NCBI GenBank assembly: GCA_964188305.1
Contig: OZ076885.1
DNA: 64,000 nt
From: Podarcis bocagei
Lineage: Eukaryota
Direction: 5' to 3' (one strand)
The notes beneath the pieces were generated by a model. That model made no database searches. It was not told the origin of the DNA and saw only the letters and a program-made list of their open reading frames with translations. This document shows, piece after piece, positions 22,274-37,238 of the stretch. A program made the position numbers and the translations under genes. The first letter of the stretch is position 1; each line of letters starts with the position of its first letter.

Positions 22274-23140
22274 TAATGAAAGGCTACATAACCTGCAGGC
22301 ATGAAATGGAAGTGTTGCTTGTTTCTCTAGCCTTCTAAAAATATTACTACGTATATTAGATTGTAGCCCCAAGGTATAAGATTCACAGGTTTAAGACTGA
22401 ATGTTGTGTAAGCAGACTTCTACCTGTGCCGTGGGACTTCACCTTCCTCTCCTTCCCCACTGTATCCCCAAAATCTGCCCTGGAAGATCTTCCAAAGATG
22501 AGAAATCCATTCCACCAATTGTGTCCATTCCACTGGTGGGCACTGTTGAATTGCACCCAAAAGTAGTACTGTATGTTATTTATAAGGCTAATGAAGATAA
22601 TATTCATTATTTATTTTTAATACTAATCTCAGATACCAATCTACTCAATAAAAGAATTGTTTTCTGTTTCTCTACTCCTGTATCATCTTGGAAAAGATGC
22701 AAAGCATTCATAAACTTTCACTTAAAAGTTCTATTAGCTATGCTTATCAGATCCACTTAAACATGCTGTCTACTGGAGAGAATCTTGCACCCACTTTGCT
22801 CCTCCATGGTCCTTTTAGCATGGACAGCATGCTGCAACAGCTAAGCCAAAGTCTGACTGAACCCTGGATTGTGGGGTTAAGGTCTCTCCTTCCTAAACAC
22901 AATCATGAGTGGTGGAGGAAGAGTGTGTACTCACTTTGCTCCTCTTTAGGAGCAGGCTAAGAATGGCTGACTCTTGGACCATGCCAGCTGAATTTGCTCC
23001 CTTTTGGCTGCTCATCCATTTATATTAGCTGGCTTGAATTGCACTGCCAACCTGCACAACACAAGGAAAAATATGCTACCTGACCAAGAAACTAAAGCCA
23101 AAGACTAAGTAGGGTTGTTTTTTTTAAGTTGCCCTCTGTT

Positions 23141-23245
23141 ATGGGACTACAATTCCCATCATTCCTGACCACTGGTCTTGCTAGCTAGGAATGATGGAAG
23201 TTGTAGTCCAAAAACAGCTGGAGACCCAAGTTTGGGAAACACTGG
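23141..23245. mobile_element. hAT-type MITE, left end missing
   Basis: GGACTACAATTCCCATCAT...ATGATGGAAGTTGTAGTCC inverted core and right TIR AGTTTGGGAAACACTG. Same family as 37239-37374. Confidence 0.7.
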
Positions 23246-24507
23246 TCTAATTGATATGATATAATTTATGATCATGAGATGACTACGCAAAAATGTCACT
23301 AATAGGTATAGGAAGTTGTATTATTCAGGTCACAGTGCTCAATCCAATATAAATTTTGTGCATCTTCCAAAGCTTAGATATCTGACTGTCAGCTCACCAC
23401 TATAGTCGTATATAATATTTAGAAGAATTTCTTGTGTTTTCCTTACCCAAATTAGTCTGAGTGTAATTTGCACTGCCAGCACTTCAAAGTTGTTGTTTGC
23501 TATGTTATTAATAAAGCTATGGCCCTTTAACCTCATATGGTTGTCATGTATGTTCATTCTGGTGTGTGGGTGTGAGAGGGATATCACATCTGTATAGCAC
23601 TTTCACGGTTTTTAAAGTGTTTCACAAACATTATCAAGTTGTAATTCTTACAACAGCCCTGTAGGGTAAAGCATCAAAACAATGTGAGGTATATATTTCT
23701 TTTTCTGTAATTTCTTTCACTGTATCAATACTATATTGCAAGTACTGAATGTTAAGTGCAGTCCTATATATTATGATGATATATAGCATAATTCTGAAAC
23801 TGCAGTTCTCCTGAAAATAGTTGAAAGAGAAATTGCTTACATGGTATCATATATAGATTCAAGTGTGTTCTCATAAATTTATTGGTGGCTTTGTGCCTAA
23901 AAAGCTTTCCCTGATTTTTGGCATGAAGATAAGAAATAAATTGAAAAAGGCAAGAGGTGGAACCAGGCTATATTACCTTGCATGAAAATCCTTCTTTTTT
24001 TAAAAAAAGCTTTTCTCCTAACTGTCCCTGTGTGAAGACTAATACCTTTGATTGCAATTTATTTAGTGATTAGTAAATTTGAAATATTTACAAGCTGGGA
24101 CACAAATACATGCACACACATGCATATTTCCATGTTACATCACAGAGCTCTTATCCTTTGGCAGTCCCATTCATGTACCATTTTGTTATTTAATAAATAT
24201 ATCTTTGGAAATTAGGATTAGAGGGGGCTTAAGAGTTTATCATAATCACATTTTTATGATACTGTGAAGAATTAAGGGCGCAGTCACATTAACATGGTAC
24301 CTCTGTAAGGAAGCCTCCGTGATACTGTATATTTATAGTTTCATAATAAAATGAAACATTAATCATCCAGCTAAAGTAATTGTCATCTCTATGATGATAA
24401 AAACAAAGGTTTTGGGACCCAGTTACTGGTTCACATGCCGTTATCTGAACAGACATTAATGGAATTGCTGATTTCATGGTTTGGCAAAAGCTTCTGATAC
24501 TTCAAGG

Positions 24508-25262
24508 CAGTGGTTTTCACCCTTTTTGAGTCCAGGGCTCCCTTGACCAGCTACGTTCTTTCTGTGGCTCGCCTGGGAATCCTCACTTAAGCAAGGGTTT
24601 CATTCTGGACCACTGTTCATATCACCAGGATGAGAGTAAGTGGGGATCCTCTCTACTCTGTCCCTGCCCCACCCCTTTCTAGTGCCATTTTCAATGTGTG
24701 TGTAAGTGGGAGTGTGCGTGCTGATTGTGCACAAGGGAGGATTCCCCTGTACCAGGTAAAAATTTCTGTTGTTTTGACATTTAGTGGTTTTGCATATTTT
24801 TGTTTTGGGGCAAAGGTGCCCTGCCTGACCTCACCTTTGTGTTTGGTCTGGATCTCCCCCCCCCCCCCCGCCTTTGATGCAGCGGAGAAGGAGAGCTAGG
24901 AGGGGGAATAGAGAGAGAAGCCACTGTTTCTGCAGAGGCATGTACATGTTATCTTTAATGTGGGGTGGCAGGGTTTGTTTTTTAAAGAAGAGGGTGTGAG
25001 AGGAAAGGGCACACACATGGAGAGAGAGAGACGGGGAGGAAAAGGAAGAGGGAGCGATACAGAGAGGAGCTTCTACGTAGCGCACCAGAATTGTACAGGG
25101 GGAAGGACTAAGAATCTAGGACATATCTGGGAGAAGGCGGTGTGGATTGGCGAGAGTAGGCAAGAACAAGGAAGGGGAAGGGGAAGAAAGGTTGGCTGGG
25201 GCGCCCCTGAACATTCTTCAAGTCTCCCCAGTGAGCTGTGGGTCGCCAGCTGAAAACGACTG
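24508..25262. mobile_element. Non-autonomous hAT element, about 755 bp
   Basis: TIRs CAGTGGTTTTCA / TGAAAACGACTG. 8-bp TSD CTTCAAGG / CTTTAAGG. Confidence 0.7.
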
Positions 25263-26519
25263 CTTTAAGGAGAAGAATTCTTAGTGCCCACTGCAAACAT
25301 TAATCAAATGAAGAGAATAGCATCACCATTTCCAAGCATGTGCATGCACACACACTCACTCTCTCTCTCCAAAGACAATATAAAAAGGCAAGTTAAAAGA
25401 CTATATAAGGCAGTTTGAGCTAGAATACCATAGCATGATATCTCTAACCTATTTTGGCTCCATTGTCTTCTTAAACTCAAGCAATCAGTACTCATCTAGG
25501 AACAGTAAGCTTATTATTATGCAATCAGGTTACCTCACAAGTTCTTGACAAGCACACCCCTTGCAGATACAGGACAAAGGAAATTCTCTGCCACAATGTA
25601 CTTCAAGCCTTTTCCTCTCTAAAAGTACTGCATAAGCTTTATGCCATGAGGTGAGATCGCTCAGGGATGGTGTTTATGTTAGACACACTCACAAGAATCA
25701 ACGGGTTGAATGAGCAGGTGCCCTTCTGTAAGCTGAAGGCCTCTTCTGCATGCAAAAGGACTTTTTCTGCCTCTGTTCAAGACCACTGTGTAAGAAGAGA
25801 GAAAGACTATTGAAATGTAGAGGTGTACTTACATCTGTGCCAGGCATTGTGCTTTCTTGCACAAGGTCTTTTTAAATTCTCTCAGAATTATTTTTACTTA
25901 GCAGTCCTTTTTGTGGCTTTTTATATGCTTTTAAATATTGCCCAACCCCAGGCTTCTTGAAGCTCATCTTTGCTGTGGCAAATTTTGTATTGTAACTGTT
26001 TCCATGGTTTTGCATTATATGTTACATTTCATGTTACATTTTTACATGCTCTATCCAGAGCATTTTGGTTATAGGCTGACAAAGAAATTAGGACTGTGCA
26101 CTGGGATCTAGCCGAATCCAAAACTGAGTTGGGCTAATCTGGGTAGATCCCACCTTTGGCCAGCACGGGTTGATAGAGCTCAGGGTCGGCCAACCTGAAG
26201 CAATCTGGGGTAGTCTAAGGATGTTATAAGATGGGACATCAGGTAGCGGGGGGGGGGGGATAAGGAAAGGCAGGCAGCTTCTGCAAAGAGTAGTGCAGAG
26301 CCATTTGCAAAGGGGCTTTCAATCAGTCACACGCTGCACTTTGCTTTGTGTGCCTGTTCCCAGTAGGGGAACATCAGTACACAGTCAAACTGAGCAAGAC
26401 TGAACCCAAAATTAAGGACAAAAATGGCTGAAAGTCATATTCCTTTTCAGGAGGTCAATACAGATAGGTTGTATTTAGGCACTGAAGGCGGCAAAATGTT
26501 GAGCAGAGACAGACTCGCC

Positions 26520-27084
26520 AAATGTCCCTATTTTCCAGGGATTTAGAAAAGCCATCCCGGTTTCTGAATTGATCCCAGAATGTCCCGCTTTTCCTTAGGA
26601 TACCCCTATTTTCATTGAAGAAATATTGGAGGGTATGGAGTTATCCAACACCTGAGCTGTCTGAAGGAAGCCCTATACAGTGGTACCTCAGGTTAAGAAC
26701 TTAATTCGTTCTGGAGGTCTGTTCTTAAACTGAAACTGTTCTTAACCTGAAGCACCACTTTAGCTAATGGGGCCTCCTGCTGCCGCTGCGCCACCAGAGC
26801 ACGATTTCTGTTCTCATCCTGAAGCAAAGTTCTTAACCTGAAGCACTATTTCTGGGTTAGCGGAGTCTGTAACCTGAAGCATCTGTAACCTGAAGCCTAT
26901 GTAACCTGAGGTACCACTGTATAAGGATGTTTTTTTATGTTTAATGTTTTATTATGTTTTTAATATAGGAAGCTGCCTAGAGTGCAGGGTCAACTCAATA
27001 GGATGTGTGAGATATAAATAGTAAAATTATCATTATGCAATGGGACGTCTCCCTATTTTCATCAGAAAATTGTTGGAGGGTATG
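26520..27084. repeat. Composite repeat: direct repeats flanking an L2-like 3' tail
   Basis: CCCTATTTTCAT..GAA..AT..TTGGAGGGTATG at about 26603-26638 and 27050-27084 brackets a tail resembling 6025-6130. Confidence 0.55.
26678..26919. mobile_element. Tc1/mariner-type MITE, family A copy 3 (nested in an L2-like tail)
   Basis: TIR CAGTGGTACCTCAGGTTA / TAACCTGAGGTACCACTG, TA TSD. Confidence 0.9.
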
Positions 27085-27294
27085 CAGAAAGTGAGGGAGG
27101 AATAGGAATAAGCTTTTGCACAGCATCAAAAGCACAGAAGAGGCCCTTGGGATTCCTAGGCTGAGTGTAAGTGTGAATTTAGCTAGGTTGATGGCAGAGG
27201 AGAAAGATTTTTTATCACACTGTTCCATCCGTTAGATTACTCCCACCAAATGGCTTTCAATACAAAAGTCACAAATGCAGTAAAAACTATTCAG

Positions 27295-27355
27295 ACTCTT
27301 GCTGAGGTACTTTGGACCCAAGCCATTTAGGGCTTTAAAGGTCAGTGTCAGCATT
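27295..27355 (-). mobile_element. Short L2 ORF2 remnant
   Basis: Minus-strand translation LTLTFKALNGLGPKYL is a typical L2 C-terminal motif. Confidence 0.55.
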
Positions 27356-30300
27356 TTATCAGCTGATTGATGGCAAAAGAGGATTGCAATTGGATAAGTA
27401 CAATGCACCATCAAAGATAATGGAATTATTCATTGTACGTTTCAAGGATCAGTAGGTTTTGTGACAATTTACCCTCTGCACACCAGGTTTGATAACCTCC
27501 TTAAACTTAATGTTCTAGACTAATAGATAATAACAAATGTCTGATGTCTTGATGTAGTGAGTACACAAGAATTCACACCTCACTGAAACTTTTTTGTGTG
27601 ATTTGCAATAAACATATGGGAATATTCTAACCATAGTTTATTGCTGAGAATATTAATCTTGTATTCTTGTCAGTCCTGCTTGTTTATTTTATTGTCTTAT
27701 TTCTTATATTTTTTAACTTTTGTGTATTATATAATATTGTAAGACAGGACTAGTACTGGGCCCACAGAAAAGTGAAACAAAGTGCTGAAAAGAAGTTGTG
27801 TGTCAAACAGTGGTGAAAAATCAACCCAAAAGATCACTGAAGGGGAGCACATTTCACAGGCAGGTAAAATGTTCACAAAATGGGTATTTATTAAGTCAAA
27901 ATAAAAGCGGCAGAATCTTTGGTTCCATCAGACTAAAATCTAGTTTTATACATAATGTGGATTGTGCAAAAATATAAAAGGGTCAGTAAAAATATTGTCA
28001 CCTCAAGTGTGTAAATACTGAAAGACGTGTAATAAAGGATCTCATTGTTTAGTTTGGACTCTTCCATTTTCCTAAAAATGGAGAACAAATAGGAACATCA
28101 AAAGGAAGTGAGCTGAACAAGGTCAACGGAGCATGGCAAATCTAAATGGTGAAGTCCACTGCAACATGATGAAGATCATTTTAGTATTGAAATTACTGGA
28201 TGGTTACAAAGTGAATTATACTCCATGTTGATTTCCAGGAATAAATGTTGTCAGGATATCCTGCTTATATTCAGGTAATCAGCTTCTCTATCATCCATGA
28301 CACGAATAACTAAACATCCAATTCTTCAGCTCCCATTACATTAAAAGTCTAGCCTATATGAGATCTCTCCTTGATGTGATATTGCCAGCTAATTAGCTGA
28401 ATGATTTAAAGCCTTCAAGATGTTTTCCCATATGAGCTAGTTGCATATCCATTTGTTTTTTCCCCTGTTCCTGTGTATATAATTGAGCCAACCTCAAAAA
28501 GAGTGGATGAAATTAATCCATCACAAGTAAATGGACAAGAATCATGTTGTCCTGGTCATCAATATGCAATGCTCAACATTGAGATAAAACATGAATTTCT
28601 TTGAAGTTTGGAATAATTATTAACACGTTTCTTTACCATGCAATCCTATACACATATATTCAGAAGTATGCTGAAGTCATCTTGAGTTCCATGAAGCTTA
28701 ATCCAAGATAAGTGGGTATCAAATTATAAACCCAATGTAACAAAATAAGAAGGGACCAAACGTTTTATACAGGTGGTAACCATTTTAGGTGTGTCCAATT
28801 GAAGCATGATTGCTTACGTCCAGGTCTTTTTGGACCCAGAAGGGGGCAGGGTGGGGTATAATGGGGCGGGTCACACTTATGCACACTCCGCTGGTGCACA
28901 CATGGGTTGGGAAGAGAACCACCACACAAAATGGCCACCACCTGTATTTAATATGTGCAGATAATTCTAGACATGCAAACTCAGATGCTACTCCCCTGAG
29001 TTCAATGAAACAGATTTCTAATAAAATGTGTATAGAATCACAGCCTAAGCTAGCAATCCAAACCTGCTGATGTGACCACTTAGGCTCTGCTGATCAACCA
29101 CTGCATCCACAGTCCAGACATTCACTCCTTGCATCACTAACTGAATACATATGCCATGCTAGACAAGGGAGAGTAAAAGATAAAGAGACAAAGGAAGGCT
29201 GGCTGTGTAGATCACAACTTTCATTACTAAGCTTTCAGCCATCATTTGACATGCACTCTCAAACTTTTCTGCCCCAGGCTGGAAACATACATCGATACAA
29301 TTAAAGCTGAAATTCCAAGGAAGCTATATTCTGAATCAGATTAGATTCTGAATCTGGATTTAAATCTGAATGTGTATAATCTGAATCTGGATTTGTTATA
29401 TCCTATACCCCCAGAATTACAACCTTTATCTTAAGACCAAAGTGAATGCTCGACATTCATCCTTAGTATATTTGGGGCAACCCATCATATCCTTATTTAT
29501 AATCACAGTATTCCTGGTAATAATAAAAAGGCACCATAAACAGGAAAAAATGTGACACCTTAATTGTGGAATGCTCTCCCTTTTGAAATTTAGCAAGTAT
29601 CTACTGTTTTCACTCAGATGTACCTTAAAATGTGGCTCTTCAGTCATACCTTTGAAAGTTAATAATGCCCAGCTGGAATGACAGTGTTCTTTTACAGTTT
29701 CTGTGACGAATTGTTAGGTGCATTTTATTCTGCTCCTAATTATTAGGGAGTGTACATTTTAAGAATGATATTCTTTTCACCGGTCACAAAATCTCTGGAT
29801 GTTGGGTGGGGCATAAATGATACAAATAATAATAAAATAAATGAATAAATAAAAATATCCTGAAGGACTTTTTAACTTCTGAAACATGTCATCAAATCCT
29901 AGTGATCTAAAAGGTTAACCTTAAAAAGGAGTGTGATCATCAAATCTTCCCCTTGCTTCAGAAATACTGAGATAGCAGAAAACTTGTCCATGTCTTGTAA
30001 GTTTTGTGTTCAAAACCTACATGTAACATCGACAGTGACACAACTATCAAATAACAATGCGCAATCATAATAAATACCAGCAATTATTTCACCCATTCAC
30101 CAGAGGTACTTCTTCTTCTAAGCAATGTGAATGATACAATTACAGCTTGTCACAGTGGGAGTCCTTAATTAAAACAAAAGCATAAAATATATGGGAGTGG
30201 GAGAGGTGTATTCAGATAGGTTCATTAAAGGTACTTTGTTTCTTTCTCAGAATCTCATTAGTCTATCACAGCTCATTGGGCAAAACCCCTAAATGTAGCT

Positions 30301-33300
30301 AGGATAAGTGTGGAATATAGAATCTTAAGAAAACGGAAAAGGGCTCTGTATTATTTCTGCTCTGCTTGAGTTGCAGCAATGCCATTATCTATCTGACAGT
30401 TGTGCTTTAGCATTATAATTTTTACAACTGCACATTACCTAGAGGACTATTACATCTCAATTGGTGTTTCATTGGTTGCGCATATCCGGGACATGGAATG
30501 ACACATATTCATCAGAACACAGCTAGAAATGTCTCTCCCTACCCTCAACATACAGACATACTTTTGAATAAGCTGAGTTGTGGCAAGAACTAACATAAAG
30601 CAGGTCCCAGGTGGTCTCAGAATTGCTTGTGCAAGTAAATATACACCAAATCTTTGGAATTGGATATGAGACAGGCCACTGTTGTTGTAGCCAAAACATA
30701 GTCATCATTATGGAGACAATGTATGGCATGCAGTTTGAAGCAAATAAAAAATACTGTTTATGGGGGGATGCTCTGAGTTTAGTCAGGCAGATGCAGCTTT
30801 TTGCATTTAATTGTGGTTTGAACATACATCTGCTGCTCAGGAAAAAAACCCCACCTAGCTTGGAATTCAGTGACCCACCCTGCCAAATTTAGGAAGTATT
30901 TAATGACACAGTTTGAAAGAATTGAGGCAGTGAAGGGGCAAGAATCAATGCAGAAATGAAATCAGGTCTCTAAAGAATGCAACAAAGTCCACATTCAAAG
31001 CTGATTTCCCTCTGCAATGGCAGCTATACAGATTTAGCCTCCCAAAGTAGGAATTGCTGGAATTGCAGAATTTCTGCTGCTACAACAAGGATCTGCTTGC
31101 TTTGTGTTATTTTCTTGTGAAAGTCAATGCTTATATTAAAATGTGAAGCTCTGGTAATTAAGTAAGTAAATGATGAATTCACACCAAACTGGCTTTGATG
31201 TATCTGAAAGGAACAGTTGCAGACTCCTTAAGGGTTCTTATTAGATAAGCCTTCGTCATCTTACCATGCATTTTTCTCACAAATAATCCCTCAGATGCCC
31301 CAATAAGTCACATATAAAGACAAGTACACACAAATGCAATTAGGGAGCGTGGCTGGAAACTCTTTACCCACATCCATTTAAAAAAAATTCCTGGGGTTGA
31401 TTCCTAATTACAACTCAGTTATCAACACATGGTTTTCATAATATATTCAATAAGCATTTTATCTTTCTGTCACTGCTATTACTATTTGTCTCATTAGGAC
31501 AAGAATGAAAAATAAGTATTCAGGAAATCTTTTGATAGTTCTATTCATGATTTAATGCTGTTTCATCTAGCAGCTTAGCAAAAGGCTTTGAAAAAAACAC
31601 CACAAATAAAAATAGCACCTTTAAAATATTTATTTATAAAGAGGCTTCATTATCATTAATTAATTTCCCACTTGGCTCATGAACTTTGTCATATTTTCCC
31701 CTCTTTACATTGCAAATAAATTTAAAAAATCCCAGCAGAGTATTCTAAAAATTCCAAGGGTACTAAATACTAATTATGGTGATATAAACTTGTAACTCAG
31801 TATCTTCCCAAAAACCCCCACACCAGATGTGTTGCATTGTGTGATAACTATATTTTGAAAGTTGGAATATGTTATATAACTAATAGGAATTAAGCTTCTA
31901 CAATGAAATGATTTATCCAGCGTGCTATTCCACCATGATTCCTAAGGATGCAAGCAAATGCAAGAATCAGGACCGCTAAACCTTTTACACAGGCTGGTTG
32001 GAGAATTTCCAAAGATTTAAAAAGTGAACAGAAGTAGACCTGGTTTTCAGCTAACATTAAGCCAAATGGCTAAACATAGGCACATGAGAATGTGGTTACT
32101 AACAGGAAAATTCACGGCTGTTTTGCTCCTCCTTCTGAACTGCTCCTGTACTACTGGACCTAAGCCATCATTTGGCTTAGCGTTACATTAAAACTCAGGC
32201 TTGTGGTTTATCTCTCTGAGAGACAAATATTCATATCTGCTTCTGGGAGTTTCTTCTAATTCAATTTTCCAAACTGGAATGGAGCAATTGCATTGGGATA
32301 TTTTTTTAAAAAGTGAACCCTTTCCTCCAGTGTTGTTTTCCCAATTTAAATTACCACCTCTGCCTGAAAAGCTGGTATTTGTATCTATTCACCTATATAT
32401 GTCTTATATTTGTGCTATTCCTGAGACAATATATAGAAGGCAAATAGCACATACCTGGCTTGCTATCGTCTTCCCTGTAACTCAACAACTGCCTCAGCGC
32501 TGTGGAGTGAAGATTGGAAGAAGCTAACTGTTTCCTTGAAAACTTGCTTTGGGGATAACTGAGCTATTAGTGTTCCCTAAAAAGTGACAATACTTTCTGC
32601 AACACATCTTCTAAGTTGCCCCCACTCCCCTTTGCTAGCAAACAAAACCAAAGACAAAAAGAGAAGGTAACATGGAGAAACCATAGCTTAATGTGGCATT
32701 ACCATTTGCCAAGTGGTAACTTACCACCATATACATATAAAAGCTGGTTGTCTGGATTGCAAGACCAGGCACAGTTCACTGGGGACAGGCGGTGTGAGAG
32801 TACAAGTAAAGGTAGGAAAAGAGCTTGAGATAAATATAGCCACAACTTTATTGACCACAGGTGTAAGTCCTAGCCCAATTGCTGGTTGATCGCTCCTTTA
32901 GGGTTGATTCTGGGTTAAAGGATCCTCCCATGTTCAGATCAAATGAAGGCAGACCTGCTACACCACCACTTGTGACATTTTAAAGCCTGTTAACCCCTGT
33001 CTGGGCCTCTGGACAAAGGTTTTTCCTTGGACCCCTTTACCAGAGTACCCTTAACATCTGATTTCAGTTTTGGCTCAGGATTCAGGTACCAGAACTAATT
33101 TTGGAGTGCACAGAGGGAGGAGGAAGCTCCATTGCACAAATGGACATCCTCCTGTGGCACTTCCGCTGATGGGACTGGTTAGGTGAATCCTGCTTAACTA
33201 GTTTAGATACACATTTTGCTAAAGTTTTATATTCACCCAAACAATTTTTAAAATAGGTCATACTGCACTGTTACAGTATCACAAGCTGATATTTTACATC

Positions 33301-33481
33301 AACACAACCGTGCACCTCTTAGACAATTGCTTAAGGTTATGATTTCAAGTCTACCTTTAACCAAAATGCATGACATTAGCCTCCTTTTTCCACAGGAATC
33401 TTAATTCCCAGCCATCTTGTTTATCTGTTCAAATACTTCCATACATAACAATTAGACAAAATCATTCTTTGCTTCCAGTGC

Positions 33482-33485
<4 letters not shown>

Positions 33486-33526
<41 letters not shown>
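33486..33526. repeat. (AC)n microsatellite
   Basis: Directly visible. Confidence 0.95.
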
Positions 33527-33528
<2 letters not shown>

Positions 33529-35410
33529 CTTTTTCAAATGTTTCAGGGATAAGCAATTTGATGAAGCAATAGTCAGTCACAAGGGGTGTTCTTGGTTATG
33601 TTCCATTATATTGTTAGTTGCCTGTGTTACATAGCCAAGTGTGAAGAAATAAGCCCACTCTTCCTGGAAACATCTTGCAGCATATATAGGGAAACCTTTA
33701 TGTCTTCTGTACTTTTACCTGCCTTTCTGTCAAGAGTGCATGCTACAGTTAGCTGCTCTCCTCATATTTCCGACATATTTAATTTTCTCGTTATGCTCTG
33801 ATGTATTGATAAATTAGCATAGTTAATTATTTAAACATTACCCAATCATGTTCCAGATGGATGCAATTACTTCTCCCTTCAGCACTGTTTCCTGCCCCTA
33901 TTTGTTTAATGTGATACATCCTAACCAGAGGCATTTTTCACCATTCGTGCAATCTTGATTAACGATACATGAAGCAGTATATCCTTACCAAGTGCTTGGC
34001 TGTATAGACTATTAGAAAATTTCTGTCTCTTATCAGAAGCTGCATGTGTGTGCCCAGCTCCAAGATCACAACCCAAGGCAACAATAAAACATACTCATTT
34101 TTGAATATGTGTGTGTTTGCACCAACTCCTAGGGGCCCAGGTCCCTTCAGCCCACCTCAATAAAATATTTGACCTATCCCCCTCCATTGATGGGGATTCC
34201 TTTCTTTTCAACATTTGGACTTCATTTTACAACAAGCCCTGTAAAAGAACTTGTAAAAATGTTGTTGGAAGGCAAGGAAGCTGGGATTGGGCAAAAACCT
34301 CTTACATGACCCTCGCTATTGGAGCTAGAAGGGGTATGTGTGCAAGGGGGTGGAAGCAAGGAGAGAAATCCCAGCACCTCAACTTCCAAACAAGAAGAGT
34401 TAACTTTGGTTTGCATTCTCTGGCTACTTCTGCAAAGTATGTGTGTGTATGTTGCACAAGCTGTCTGCCACACATATTTCCAACAGCAGGAGAAGCTCCC
34501 ATTGACAGTCCAAGATTTCTCAGATACCCCAGAGCTATGCAGTCATCTTTGCTTAGCTCTGGCCAAACATATGAAGAATTCTGTTTAGTTGCCACACTTT
34601 GAATAATAGTTGTGGACCTCTGAACTATTGTGTGTGTATGGGAGCTCTGCACCTGGAAGGAATTCCCTATTCGTTTCACTGGAAAATCCCAAATAAATGA
34701 CTCTGTTGAAATAAGCAGGCCATCAAAAAATGTGGTGGAGTTCCATCTCCTCCAATGGAACTCTGGACTGAATTAAAAGTATTCAGAAGAGTCACAAGAC
34801 TTCAAATGCACTGAACCAATAAATGATTTCACTGAATCTTTAAAGGTATCTTGTATTTATACTTCTTTGCAATTATACTCTCTTTTCCTCCCTGGGAGCA
34901 CTCAAGAGATGTCACTTAGACAGTAAATGTGGAATCCCTAGACTTGTCTCTCAGACCTACTGAGCTCAGGATAAGGACAGGGACTTGTCCACTTCAACAA
35001 GAAAAACTAATAAGCCCAAAGGGATGGTCACTGGATGTGAGAGGTGTGAAGGATATGTGGCTTACTGTGTGGGCAGAGGTGCCATTCAGCCAACTACATC
35101 ACAAGTTCATGGGGATGCTGGTAGACAGGTATATATATATCACAACCTACTGCAGGTTAATTAATGAATAAAGTTGTATCTCTTATTTAATCTGAAATCT
35201 AGTGTTTAGTCTCCTTATTTTCAAATGTTTGTGCAGTCTACTCAAGTAGATCCTTATTTGAAAGGAAACCTGAAGTGGATTAGAACATATAAAAGGACTA
35301 AATGCTTAGAAATCAATAATAATAACCATCATTCCTTTATATTTTATCCCCCCACTTAACAGCCCCTTTAAAGCACAACCGCAGATAAATATGAAAATTA
35401 TTTGTCTTAC

Positions 35411-35492
35411 CAGTTGCTGGCCTTGTACACCCCATGCTGCATACTGTAAAACCGAATCCTCTACCTCCGGAGGGTTTAACTCCCAAACTTCC
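35411..35492 (-). CDS. DPP10: DPP10 coding exon (~exon 7), 82 bp, (R)EVWELNPPEVEDSVLQYAAWGVQGQQL
   Basis: Identical to the recalled human DPP10 segment. Acceptor tttttcaag, donor gtaaga, phase 2 in / 0 out. Confidence 0.97.
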
Positions 35493-35574
35493 CTTGAAAA
35501 AAGGTAAACATTTTACTTGAACACATTTGCACCATTACATGGCACAGAACAGCATAGATATAACACCATCTTAC

Positions 35575-35627
35575 CTCGTACGTATGTTATATATCACATA
35601 TGAAGCCGTATACGAGTAATGAAAAAC
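35575..35627 (-). CDS. DPP10: DPP10 coding exon (~exon 6), 53 bp, VFHYSYTASYVIYNIRT(R)
   Basis: Matches recalled DPP10 IFHYSYTASYVIYNIHTR. Acceptor ttttacag, donor gtaaga, 82-bp intron to the next exon. Confidence 0.96.
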
Positions 35628-37238
35628 CTGTAAAACAAGGAGAAAAAGTAGACATGAGCACCGTCATGGGATACATTTGGAAAACTTGAGAAGAAAACTT
35701 TTATTCATGATGTTAGATACCCCATTGTCTAAATTGACATGGCACGCTTGCATAAGTGGGCTTGGTCTGTGCTAAGCTGTGCTATCTTTAGCTGTTAGTA
35801 CTCTTTGTTCCAGTTCACAAGTACATGTTTATTGTCACTTAATGAGTATAACACCATTCAGTGACATGCATCTTTGAATATGCACCACAGATCAAATACT
35901 AAAGATTGAACTTTCAAACATTATCATGAGCACAATACTTCCCAGTGGAATCATACATTCAGCTGTGTGAGTTATGAAGCATTAAATAATCACGGAAAGA
36001 GAAGTCAAGAGAGGTACTTGCATGTGTGTGAATATGGTCAGGATAAAGTGTCACTGGAGACCACATGATTTTTGTGCTGAATTGTAGCCTAGATTTTTTT
36101 TCTTGTTTGTGCAGTTCAAACAAATAAACACAAACACCCTTGGGGTCTTAACAACCATAATTCTACCTTTTAAAACATTTTTTAGTTCTAAAACCACTAT
36201 GAATCATGCCTGCAAAACTGCAGTAAAGATAAATAACTGCCCTTGGAAACCTGCTGCTTGTACTTTTGATTCAGAATAATTATTTTATCCAAACATATTT
36301 GGCTAGGGGAAAAAACCTATTTGTTACACTGAATTCTTACTAATTATAATAAGGTTTTCCAAAGCTTAATCTAAATTTCAGCTGAAGCAGGGAACTACAA
36401 CCACAAATAAATAAGGACAATACTCCATCAAAACTATTTCTGTAGACCAACAAACTAAAAATAATTCCTATATGAGATGTTTTCAAACCTGCAGGCACAT
36501 TATAAATTAAGTACTTCAAATATTTTCCCCAGAATGTTGATATGTAAGCAGTATTTAATAAAGCACAGAACTGTATTAGCATTCAATTAAAATAGAGGCT
36601 AATATATGCAATACATGGACAGCTCAGAACAACTACAAAAAAGAAGACACTCAAATTTCTGGAATGAAACTCTAGATACAATTTCCCACCTTACCTGGAA
36701 ATTCCCAAATTGCACCCAAGCACAGTGAGGGTGGGAAACACTGCTGTTTGACTTCAAACAAGCATGGCTGTACAGCCACTGCAGCAACGAGAAACAGCTG
36801 GGTTGGAATATGGACAAGCCCAACTTCAGGTGGGTAATTGGCTTCAGATTGGCTTCCCAGGGGAGGGGAGGCAGGCCTGGGAGTGGATTAGCTTTTCTCT
36901 GGTTGGCTCATGGTCTAGTAAAATAGGCCCAGCCCAGTGTGATAAAGACTTCCCCAGTCTCCTTCCCTAGTTACAGAGGTTGTGCTTTGTTTTTGTTTAT
37001 CTGGTTCATTTTGCTATTTTGCTTGTTCCTCAAGATACACTGTGCTATGGTATTAGTCAGACACTGGTTACTTTTACCTGTGGGATTTTTGCATTCCTTA
37101 TAGTAACAGTGCTATATGATATTGATATATATTTTTCTTTCACAATTTCCCTTAGCAGTAGAGGCATTGGCCAAGATCTATTGTTGAGTAAAGCAAGGGA
37201 TCAGCTCCCCGCTCCCCAGTGGAAGATCTTCTTAAAGG

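Noticed and set aside
34925-35250. Possible solo LTR (also about 32790-33010 and 47720-48290)
   Set aside because: The composition is LTR-like, but I could not establish TG...CA termini with a TSD.
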